A DNA stretch of 58,623 nucleotides, filler included, from Dirinaria sp. TL-2023a (taxonomy: Eukaryota): NCBI GenBank assembly GCA_051941275.1. It is 5 parts of 5 records of this genome, joined end to end, with 100 filler letters (N's around TTAATTAATTAA, not from the genome) between each part and the next. Parts side by side here need not be neighbours in the genome. Positions count along the whole stretch, not along the records: positions 35,275 to 46,901 come from JAVEBF010000830.1; positions 47,002 to 58,623 come from JAVEBF010000831.1; 3 more parts are not named here. One strand, written 5' to 3'. The notes beneath the pieces were generated by a model. It was not told where the DNA came from. It saw only the letters and a program-made list of their open reading frames with translations, and did not search any database. Made by a program: the position numbers and the translations under genes. Positions 38,627-49,090 of this stretch are shown one piece after another (within the stretch, counting starts at the first letter, position 1; each line of letters starts with the position of its first letter).

Positions 38627-39803
38627 ATGGCTACAGCGACGGCAACTTATTCCCACCTACTGGACGGATTTGGCAATTATCCAAGCGTTGGTACTTTCAA
38701 AGCTTCAGAGTCCCTTCCCCTAGACTCCAACAATGAGGTCGACCACGCACCAACTGCCTGGAAGTTTTCGTGCCATCCTAGACTCCAAGAGGTTCAAAAA
38801 GAAGTAGACGGATATTTCTTAAAAAATTGGAAATGGTCGAGTGAGAAAGTAAAGAAAGTGTTCCTGAATGCAAAGTTCTCGGAGGTTACTTGCCTCTACT
38901 TTCCGTTAGCACTTGATGATAGAATCCATTTCGCGTGCCGGCTTTTGACGGTGTTGTTCCTGATTGATGGCAAGTACTCCGAGTCCGACACCTGCTCTCA
39001 CATTAACGAGAACATAGATCAGCTCGAAGACATGTCTTTCGCGGACGGCGAAGCATACAATGCAAAGCTCATTCCGATTTCACGGGGGGATGTTCTTCCA
39101 AATCGTACGCAGCATACTTTACTTGCAACAAAGAACACCACTAACAGGGATCAACAGGTTCCAAGCCGGAAGAGTTCATACTGTACGACCTTTGGGAGAG
39201 CATGCGCGCTCACGATCGTGAGCTTGCGGAAGAAGTATTGGAGCCTACATTTACCTTTATGCGATCTCAAACAGACAGAGCCCGCTTGACCATCAAAGAA
39301 CTGGGAAATTACCTCATCTACCGCGAGAGGGACGTCGGGAAAGCGTAAGTTTTAAGAATTGCGTTCCTTGTTGCACCGCTCATGTCATCAACAGCCTGCT
39401 CTCAGCGTTGATGCGTTTTTCCATGGGAACCAGGATTGCGGCAGACGAACTTGAAGGTATGAAAGCTTTGGAAGCCAATTGCTCGAAGCAGCTCTCTGTG
39501 GTCAACGATATTTACAGCTTCGAGAAAGAAGAAAGGGCATCACGAACAGGGCATCAAGAAGGTGCATATCTTTGCTCCGCTGTCAAAATCCTGGCTGCGG
39601 AGACCAACCTTGGAGTCACGGCCACGAAACGTGTACTTTGGACGATGGTGCGCGAGTGGGAGAGTACTCATGACCAGCTAGTCGCAGACAAGCTACAAGC
39701 TTCTGAGGGATGTTCCGAAGCAGCCAAATTATACATGAAGGGTTTGGAATATCAAATGAGTGGCAACGAACAATGGAGCAAGACCACGCTCAGATACCGA
39801 TGA
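38627..39803 (+). CDS. ari1: Aristolochene synthase (class I sesquiterpene cyclase); 4 exons (38627-38969, 39018-39104, 39158-39344, 39395-39803)
   Basis: CHPR..EVDGYFL.NW, AKFSEVTCLYFPLALDDRIHFACRLLTVLFLID-DQLED (Asp-rich motif), KPEEFILYDLWESMRAHD, YRERDVGKALLSALMRFSMG, NSE motif NDIYSFEKE, MKGLEYQMSGNEQWSKTTLRY. Long stretches match recalled P. roqueforti Ari1. Confidence 0.95.
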
Positions 39804-40783
39804 ATCGAGCAGCGGAGTTTCAATCTCTGCATCATGCCCGGCACCTGCTGTAACGCGAAGTTGTGGCAGGAAATGGGAAACTTGGAGGTTAGTCAGAACG
39901 GCCAATGATAGTGTAGATAGTATACTCATAGACCAGCTAGAGTAGAAGCCATAGAATCAATAAGGTAGCTTTGGCAGCACCCTGCAAGTTCATGGGATCG
40001 TCAGCTGAGAGGTCGCAACGGAACCTAAGGTACAGCTGCAGCTGAGGTACCTTGGGTACCTTATCTTACTGCAGGTAAGATACCTCAAAGTGCCATAGGT
40101 ACCTTACCTACTTGACCTTATGACCGTTTCTTCTGAAAAACCCGGCAGTCGAACCAATCGAAATGTATTGTATCGGCTAAATCTCGGTAATTGCCCTGAC
40201 CTCCCTGAGTCTTAGGGAGGCTCGGAGGTACCTTATGTTAGGTAGGCTGGTAGGCAGCCTGCAGCCCGTCCTCTAACTCTTGCAGAACGCCACCCGGAAG
40301 GGATCCATGTGAGCAGATAGGTACCTTAGAGTGCCGCATACCTGACATCACTCATCGCTGTCGGACGTCGCTCCAAAATACAAATGCGACAAGGAAGTAC
40401 GGTAGTAGTACAGACGTTTTTGAACATCAAACGTTCTTTCAGCTGTGACGAAGCCATTAGTAAGATGCGTCACACCTACGAATGACAATGCATCTCTCCA
40501 CCGGGTGCTTTCCTATTCTAGCGATTTGCAGCTGTTCCTTCCCGTAATGTTGCACTCAGGAGGCAACAACAGTATTGTCGGATCGGAAATATCCATAAGT
40601 CCGACATGTCCGACATGTCCCACATGGCGATGTGCTTGTGGCCTCAAACCACTGTCTTTTGTTTGGGCCGATGCCGATGGGCTGTAAAAATTGTTGATCT
40701 GATAACCTTGCAACATTCCACACTGACCCCTCACGATACCATCTTTCATTTTGACCTTGTTGGTATCAAAAAACTATCTCAAA

Positions 40784-41851
40784 ATGGCCTTCACTACAGC
40801 TCATCAGAACAAGGCAAAGCCAGGACCCTATACACAAGCCCATCTCAATCAGAATGGCCCAGGCGATGCTCGTCCAACGGGTCTCCAAATTGTCGAAGAC
40901 AACGGCCTGATAGGCAAACTCACCGACAAAGTATGCCCATCTCAAATCCGTCTTGTTGACCCGCTTTTTTGACGACTCAAGGTCTTCTTCATCACCGGAT
41001 GCTCAGGCGGAATCGCCGTGGAAACTGCACGGGCTATGGCCGCAACAGGTGCCCGCTGCTTCCTCGGAACGCGTGATCTGAAGAAAGGCGAAGCAGCCTT
41101 GAAAGACGTCCTCGAGCCAGGCCGCGTGGAGCTCATCCAGATAGACGTTGGCTCCCTCGACAGCGTGAGGGGGGCAGCAAAGACGTTCCTCTCCAAGTCA
41201 TCCACCCTTAACGTGCTCATCAACAATGCAGCCATCATGGCCTGTCCAGAGGCTAGATCTGTCGATGGCTTTGAGTCGCAGCTTGCAGTCAATTACCTAG
41301 GCCATTTCCTGCTCTTCAAGCTTCTCGAACCAACTTTACTCAAATCCTCCACCCCAACCTTCAACTCCCGCGTCGTCAACGTTGCATCAGCCGGCCACCA
41401 TACATCAGGCATCCACTTCGACAACATCAACCTCGAGGGCGAGTACGAGCCTTGGACGGCCTACGGTCAGAGCAAAACAGCCACAATCTACATGACCAAC
41501 GAGATTGAGCGCAAGTACGGCAAGCAGGGTTTGCACGGCTTGTCTCTCATGCCTGGCGGTATCGCGACTGAGCTGCAGCGATACGTGCCCGATGACTTGA
41601 AAAAGGCCTGGTCAGCTGGAGAAGCGGTACAAAAATTCTGGAAGAGCACAGCGCAGGGTGCTGCCACGACCATGGTTGCGGCGATTGGTAAGGAATGGGA
41701 AGGTAAAGGTGGTGTGTACTTGGAGGACTGCCAGGAGGCCATACCAACACCGCCTGGGGGGGAAATGTCGATCGGAGTTGCTGCACATGCTTTTGATCCG
41801 GAAAAGGAGACGAAGCTGTGGGATGTAGCGACTAAGATGGTGGGGCTCTAG
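40784..41851 (+). CDS. prx1: Short-chain dehydrogenase/reductase (WWOX/retinol-dehydrogenase-like; prx1-like); 2 exons (40784-40930, 40982-41851)
   Basis: YTQAHLNQNGPGDARPTGLQI, TGCSGGIA, NNAAIMACPE..DGFESQLAVNYLGHF, catalytic YGQSK, QGAATT..GKEWEGKGGVYLEDCQEA, HAFDPEKETKLW. Confidence 0.85.
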
Positions 41852-44405
41852 GCTTGTAGGTTTGTCCGTGCATTTTGTTCATTTAGTAGGACTAAGTGAG
41901 AGGACGGTGCTTTCTGCCTGATGCTCTTGCTCCTGAGCTTCGACTCTCCTGCATAAAGTAGAAATCTGCGGAACAACCTACCTAGGCAGTAGGTAGTCAA
42001 AGAGAACTAAAGAAAAACCGATGTCTATCGTTCTCCTTTGCCGCGAGAGCATACTATACCGGATTGAGAAGTAGCTGGAGGTAAGTAGCCTCCCAATTAT
42101 TGCAACGCTCTATGAATGTGCTATGTGATCGGGCTAGGTCATCTTCGTCATAATAACGTCCATTCGATGTCTCTCCAGAATGAATGCGAAGACATTTTGT
42201 CGTCATCCTTTAGAACCTACACCTGTATAACAGTGTCATGCTAAGGAGGCCTGCATGATGTATGAGCGTAGAACCAGCTGTGGCTGGTTCATTACTGAAT
42301 GGCACGTTTTTGCTGGGCGTTCAGAGCCACACGTTCGGACTTGCAAGGATCTTGATGCACGATACTCGGCTTGCAAGCCTTGCCGTCGACGCCATTTGCT
42401 GCTGTATTTCATGTTTCGAGTAGATTGAATAATGCCTTTCAGGAACCCCGGTAGTCTCGTCACTGCTGCCTTGTATCAGTGAGCTTGGTCTGCTATTAGA
42501 CGAGGCGACTTTTAGAGCCAATTCGATTTGCTCCTAGTGGTAGGGAGTTGAAGGTGGGCTGTTGGGAAGCCGGGACGGGGTCGAAGCACGTGGCAACTAT
42601 CGAGAGCTACACCAGTTGCGGCCGAATTCATATACATCTACAATTTTAGTGTTCTTTCCAAGCTCACTTAAAGCTCCGCATCATGGTGGTTAGGAAGGAG
42701 GGAAAGCTAGCGTACTAACGGCCTTTGCAGCTGGCTGTTGGATAGCACTACCTTAGGTTACTATATTATTTTGCTTCTACCCCACGCGTTGATCGAGGCC
42801 AACGCGTAGGCGTCGCGACGTCTTAGTCTTCACATCGCCGCAAACAAAGGTTGTTTCAGCTTATAATTCCTCAACAATCCAGAGCCTAGCAACCTCGCTG
42901 TCGTAGCTCTTCGCTTCGTTGCACGATATGCGGTCCCACAACACCTTTCCTTCGTTGGGTGCTTTGTGGAATCATAACACTGGCGTTTTGTGAAAGCGCA
43001 ATCCACGATCGATAATGTGTTCCATGCTCTTGCATGTCTTCCCTATAATATTATTCCTAGAAGTATCAGCTTTCTGACCAAGGATATGGTCAGATTGAAG
43101 TGTTCGGTTATTTTTGATTTCTTTCATGAGGACTATGGCCTCGAGATGACGTGGCCCGGTGAACCAACGATGCCCATAACTTGTAAGGCAGGGATCGGCA
43201 GAATCAGTGCTTTCTGATTATCAAAAGCGGTGACTGCTATGTTGCCACTCATTATTGATGGACCGCGCCCTCAAAGCATGAAGCTTAGCGTCTTCAAGCG
43301 GACCGGAATGGGTAGTAGAAGGTATATGGAAGCATAGGAAACATGTTCGGCTGTCTTCTAGTATTCGCCGATCTGTCGTACATTGATACTCTGGACTCCT
43401 CCGCCTTCCGCGTCCATCTTGGCACTCCTGAGTGAGGAGCATTAAAAAGTAAGATTAAACAACAACCGGAGCCTTGGTCACTTGGCGAATGCCCAGTGTA
43501 TCAGAAGGCTATTCAGCAGAATCGCCCTTGGGTGCATGTAAGTGACCTTAGAAAGTGATTCAGCCATCAAGTTGGAGTTTTCTGTCGAGATTCATCGAGT
43601 GTTGCGCGATCGGAGCGTGGCTGAAGCCCATCGTCTTGGCATTATTTGAGAGTAAGAGTAATAGCTTACCGTTCACGCGTAAAGTTAATAGTTCAGTAGT
43701 AAGGTAACTAATATTCCAGGGACTTTGCGCGATTTCTGATTAGCAGCTCTAAGCTTGGTTTAGGTGCGGAGAATTCGAATGAAAGCGTTCTAAATCTTTG
43801 ACTTGGCATTGCTATTGGAGATTATTCTCCTAGCGGCCTAGACCACTCATTTACGAAGTGTCTTCTCAGGGTCGACTAGTGTATGAACTTTACCTTATAG
43901 TGGCCAGGAGGCCCATGACCCCAAGTGATTTCCACCACACAAAACACTAGGCGATTCTGGAAAGAACCGTATGAAATTTCACGTGTTAGTTCTGCCATCA
44001 GATTATCAGAAGCCAGCAGCCCTCGTTAGACAGGTACCAGCTGCAATAGCGCCAGCCCGTCGCCACTAGTCAACCCTACGGCCAACATTTAGCAACGCAC
44101 GGCAAGCAACGCACCGTACGCACGGCCATGTGTTCCTGCAAACTAAAGTATTTTGTCTGGGGAAGACGGGAAGCATGTGCTATGCGTTGCTTCCGAAGCG
44201 AAGTCGAGACTCGCGCGGCTGCTCTTGGCTTCCACGGCATATCAAAGCTGTGATTGACCATTTATTATCCTTCGTTTTCCACTTGCGCCAGGTCACGAAG
44301 CGCGGCCTAATTGCTCCCTGAAGGCCTCAACATTAACTGCATCGCTGCCTTTTCAAATTCGATCAAGTCTTTGACGCATCCAGTGCTGTAGCTGCTCGAC
44401 CAGCG

Positions 44406-45726
44406 ATGCATCCATCAGCAGAAGTCATCGCGAGTTGGCCAGCGCCGAACTTTAAGGACCCGGTAACGCGAGGCTCAGCGCTCACTGTCGTTAATGTCAT
44501 CTTCATAACTCTTGTAGTCCTCGTTGCTGGGTTGCGGTTCTACACGAGGTTGCGCATTACCAAGAGCTTTGGTCTGGATGACTGGATCATTGCCATTTCT
44601 CTGGTACGATCATCAACTTCACCCTATCGTCCAACAATAATTCGAATCTCTCTAGGTCCCTACTTTTGCGCTTACTTGTGTTGTACTCGTGGCTGATAAT
44701 AATTTTGGATGGAACCGTCATTCGTGGGATCTTCATCCAGAGAGGGGCCCACCAGGCTATAAGCTGTGCATCACTGCACAGATCCTGTTCTTCTGGGCAG
44801 CGACATTGAACAAGATATCTCTCCTCTGCTTCTACCATCGGCTCACCGGCCCCTGCACCCCGAAATGGTATAAATTCAGCATTTTCGGTGGAATCATCTT
44901 CCAGATCACAATGGTTTTGGCGTATTTCATTGTGGCTCTCCTGGCTTGTCGGTAAGTATATCCTTGGTTTGATTGCTCTTTGGCTAATCACAAGGTATAT
45001 AGGCCCCTCAAAGCATTTTGGGAACCTCTTGCGACTTATCATTACACCTGCATCGACGAAGGGAAGTTGATGCTCTCCTTTAGCATCATAACGATATTCC
45101 TGGACTTCATTATCTTACTCCTGCCAATACCCATTGTATGGAAGTTGCAGCTCTCTCGCAAGCAGCGCCTGGCTATCCTGTCCCTTTTTGGTGCTGGTAT
45201 AATTGTTTGCATCGCTGGCATTGTCCACGCATACTTCGTTAATCTCGCACTTGTAAAATCTTATGACGAGACGTGGACCGGGTAAGCGGGAGTCCGTTAA
45301 GCTCAGGAGTGGTGTCAGCTAATATTGTGCTAGGTGGCCACTTTGGATTTGCTCTGCAGTAGAAGTCGATCTGGGCATCGTAGGTACATGAAGACATCGG
45401 ACATGGACACTGTTGATCTCTTGTAGCTTTGCGTCTCAGTCCCCGCAGTTCGACCGCTCCTCGCGATATATTTCCCCCGTCTACTAGAGTCTACGCGACC
45501 ACGCGCGAGGCCCATAAAGGAGTGGTATGATTCAAACGAAATTTCTCCTCCGGCATCAACGCCTGGAAAAGGTAGTGTATCAGCGCCCAGGAAAGGAAGC
45601 GTGCCAGAGCTTCGAGGAACCGAATACTTTGCTGGGGAGAAAGCTGAGGGCACCAAAGACCTTGAGACAGGATTAGCCGATAAGGTGAAGGTGGGAAACA
45701 CCACCCACGACATGGTGTACACGTAA
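44406..45726 (+). CDS. PTH11-like integral membrane protein (no CFEM), 5 exons
   Basis: SWPAPNFKDPVTRG, LRFYTRL..GLDDW, GWNRHSWD, KISLLCFYHRL, CRPLKAFW, DFIILLLPIP, VEVDLGILCVSVPAVRP; TAA at 45724-45726. Confidence 0.9.
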
Positions 45727-46409
45727 GTGCTCGCATGTGGGCGAAAGCCACCGAGGTCGATGAGGTAACAGGCGCTATGAGGTGGGTGTGGTGGGTTCAA
45801 GGAAGGGGGAAAAGTCAAATGTCATAAGTAGGAATTAGTAGGAATTGTGATAATTGTTCATATTATTGAGGAAACAAAAAGACCTGCCCCGTACCTCAAC
45901 CGGTCACTCCGCTGGAATACGTTTTCGATAGTCTTATTATTGAGCGATCGACCCAATTTATGCGCTGGCTATACCTGCAAATCTCCAAATTGAGGTGTGA
46001 TTTAGCAACAACCCGGTCGACCGCAAAATGCAGGCTATGCAGCCCTATCGGCCCCACAAAGCATAAGGCAAAGCTTGAATGCATCAAGAAACATGTGGGA
46101 CACCCGACCTGATCGCTTACTCGATGCATTATTCGACGTTTCACATCTGACTTTGGTAGGTTGAATTGGTAGGTAATTTTTACCTGCAGCTCCTTGGCGT
46201 CCGAGGCGTTCTCGGGGTCTTGGCGGCTGTCTTGGCGGCTGTCTTGGCTTAACACCGGCTCGGGGCGACTTCAGTGCTCGATCACTGACCGCAGCTATTG
46301 AAAGGGTGATACCAAGTTGTGTGTATTCGTATCTCACTAGAGATAGGCCAATGTGCACGCTTTATCTACGTGGGACTTAAAGGCCCTTTGGAAAGGTACG
46401 ACTGGACCG

Positions 46410-46901
46410 ATGGCTGCTCCAGCCTCCTACATCGTACTCCTCAGTCCTCCACTCGCAACGCCGCAGCACATCCAAGAGATTGCGGGTCTGCCTCAGACTC
46501 CTGCAGCCAGGCCTGTCGATGAAGAAGAGTCAGACGACGAGGAACCAGAGGTGAAAGAGAATATCGGAGATAAGATCACCAGCTGTTGCATTGTCGACAG
46601 TCCGACCAAAGATGCCATCTCCAAATGGGCTCAAGCTACAGGCCAAAGGATCAAACCAATGATCCCCATCATCCCAACCGAGTCTGCTTCAACCGCAAAT
46701 GCACTTCGGACCAGATACCCTATGCCCTACTTCCTCTACGGCGACATGGCCTCACCTCATTTCCTTGCCAACGTGCTGGATCTCGATCCAGCTCCGACCT
46801 TACAACATGCAACGATTGATAATTATTGCATCAGGGCGTGGGGCAAGCGTCAAGCGCTCATCCAGGGCTCTCAGAGCTCAACAGCCGACGGGCAGGTGTA
46901 C
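46410..46901 (+). CDS. Gamma-glutamylcyclotransferase/AIG2-like domain protein, truncated at the contig end
   Basis: YFLYGDMASP..LANVLDLDPAPTLQHATIDNY..RAWG..AL resembles the YFFYGTL...L.PA.I.GY..K.WG.YPAL pattern. Confidence 0.65.
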
Positions 46902-47001
46902 NNNNNNNNNNNNNNNNNNNNNNNNNNNNNNNNNNNNNNNNNNNNTTAATTAATTAANNNNNNNNNNNNNNNNNNNNNNNNNNNNNNNNNNNNNNNNNNN
47001 N
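46902..47001. other. Artificial contig linker N44-TTAATTAATTAA-N44
   Basis: Same 100-nt linker. Confidence 0.98.
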
Positions 47002-49090
47002 CTGCTGCTGCTGCTGCTGCTACCGATGATGGGAGAGTAGGGGGAGGGGGAGGGGCAGGACTGGCGTACAGATTGAGCAGAGAGCGGATATACGCCTTGT
47101 CCGCTCGGGGCACGGGATCGCCCTCGTTGATGAAGCTGAGGAACAGGCTTTTCCGCACGCGCTCCGTGGTGGGTTTCGTGAGCGGCAGCAGGCTGACAGG
47201 CGGAGCGCCGAAGGTGAGGCAGTGGATCCGCTTGAAGCAGTTCGTGAGTAAGGTCAGCTCTGAGGAGATGCTGGTCGAGTGCATGTGGGCGTAGAGCAGT
47301 GAGGCGACGGCGCCGCCTGCTGAGTGGCCCGTTATGAGGAGGGAGGAGGTGCTGCGCGAGGGGTTCTCTTCTAGGAGTTGTCGCAGTCGAGAGGAGACGA
47401 GAGGGAGCATTCGTCGTGCGACGGTTAGGAATCCGGAGTGGCAGAGGTTGCCTGGGTCATCCTGCATAGGGTTTCGTTAGAGGTAGTTTGATGATTTTAA
47501 CTGATTTAATGTGAGGAAATAGTACATGGTTTGAGGACTGAGGGGGAAGGAGTAGCTATATCGCTTGCAGAAAAATGGGATCGCTCGAAAAATATCTTGA
47601 GATGGCATATTACTCATTCAGATATTGTCCCCCGAACTCATTATGACTTGAAGATCTGACAGGGGGCATACGCTGGTCAATTCGACTCAGCATCCGGCCC
47701 TCATGAATGTGTCAAATCGTAAAAGCATCTTAAAAAAGGATCGGGGATCTGCACTGTACGGATACGCTTCTGCCTTAGGGCATAGTAGCAGCGCTTTTCG
47801 AAATAAAAGAAAGCATGACGAACTGGCAAAATATTTGTTCGGTGCATGAATAACACATCTCACAGTATCACTTACCAGGAAATCGTCGGGTGACACCGGC
47901 GCAGACTTCAGGTTGACCGCCCAATCCATGAATGTTTGACTTCCTCTGATGGCAAAGACGATGGTGTTCATGTCGTCGATCGGAACAGATTTAATGACCA
48001 TGGCCTTGGTTCCCATCCTCAGGTTAGCGCCAACATGGTCCTCTTTTTCTTTGCCCGCAGGTTTGGTGTAGACCCGCTGAGAAAACTGCGCCGCAAGGCA
48101 AAGCAAAGGATAAGATGGCATGTACCTAAGTATATCATCAGCACCAATCACTTTCTCCAAGTAACATTGCAAGCGTACAATTTCAATTCGGGGAGATTCC
48201 ATGGCAACCTGGAGTTGGCATAAAGGTTTGCTTTCCTGAAGTAGTTGGTGCCAATGATCCTCGACGTGATGGCTCTGTTGGCATTTTGGGAAATCTGCCG
48301 GCTTGCAGAACCCCACCCACCACGAAGACCTGCTGAGGGCGGCTCGTAGATATCTTGACAAGGTCAGTAAATTTTGGTTTGCAGTTCACTGCGAAAACCT
48401 ACCAAGCTCCTTCTCATTACCGCTGAAGGATTCGCCATCGATGGAAGTGAGGACCGCGTCAAGCTTGGAAGATATCAAGTCCTCTATCTCATGGGTTGGG
48501 TTGAGCTCGCCCGATTGTTCTTCGGGGCATTGAGGTTCAAGGCTTGCTGCACGGATGGGCCTGTTGGCTAGGCATTTCGATAGATCGGAGCATGAAGTCC
48601 CATCACGCATACGCTCAAGGGACCATTGCCGGTTCGCAGCTGGGGCTGGAGCAAGGGTTTGCGGTGCGGGCAAAAGAGGGAGTTTTGGAGGTCTGGGGGG
48701 CAGTCCATTGGCGGCGAGTGGTTTTCGGAGGATGTCCTTCGATGCTACTGGGACAATTGGATAAGGAGGCGGTGGATCTTGCGGCAACGCAAGAGCAGTC
48801 TGGGGTCGCGACGAGTCGAGGTGCTGCTGATTCTTTGACAAAGGAGGAGTGGTGACAGTAGCAGTAGCAGTAGCAGTAGCAGTAGCAGTAGCAATAGCAG
48901 TAGGAGTAACAGGAAGAGAGGGGGATCGATGGGATCCCTCGGGTTTGGCTTTGGCGGGAGGATTGCGGGGCGATTTCCTCTTTGGGCTTTTGGTGTGCTT
49001 GGTTTTCTTAACCAGCATCATCCGAGAATCAGCGGCTTCGAATAAGAGCCAGCTCATCTCGTGATCGCGTGTCCCGCTTTTCGCAGGCAT
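47002..49090 (-). CDS. Class-3 lipase-like protein with Pro-rich N-terminus, at least 4 exons, 3' end truncated
   Basis: ISSKLDAVLTSIDGESFSG, NYFRKANLYANSRLP, IVFAIRGSQTFMDWAVN, CHSGFL, nucleophile motif ITGHSAGGAVA, TFGAPP, NEGDPVPRA. Start could be 49090, 49057 or 49021. Confidence 0.9.
48856..48903. repeat. Hexanucleotide microsatellite (CAGTAG)x8 with one CAATAG variant, encoding a Thr-Ala repeat in the lipase
   Basis: Directly visible tandem repeat. Confidence 0.9.

Larger units (their letters stand above)
35357..41851. other. Eremophilane sesquiterpenoid biosynthetic gene cluster core (prx4-prx3-ari1-prx1-like), truncated on the left by the contig edge
   Basis: Four adjacent genes: SDR(+), FAD-linked oxidase(-), aristolochene synthase(+), SDR(+). 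Same gene set and order as Penicillium PR-toxin prx1-prx4. Confidence 0.88.

Noticed and set aside
46217..46249. 12-bp tandem repeat GTCTTGGCGGCT (about 2.7 copies)
   Set aside because: Simple intergenic minisatellite without spacers or associated genes.
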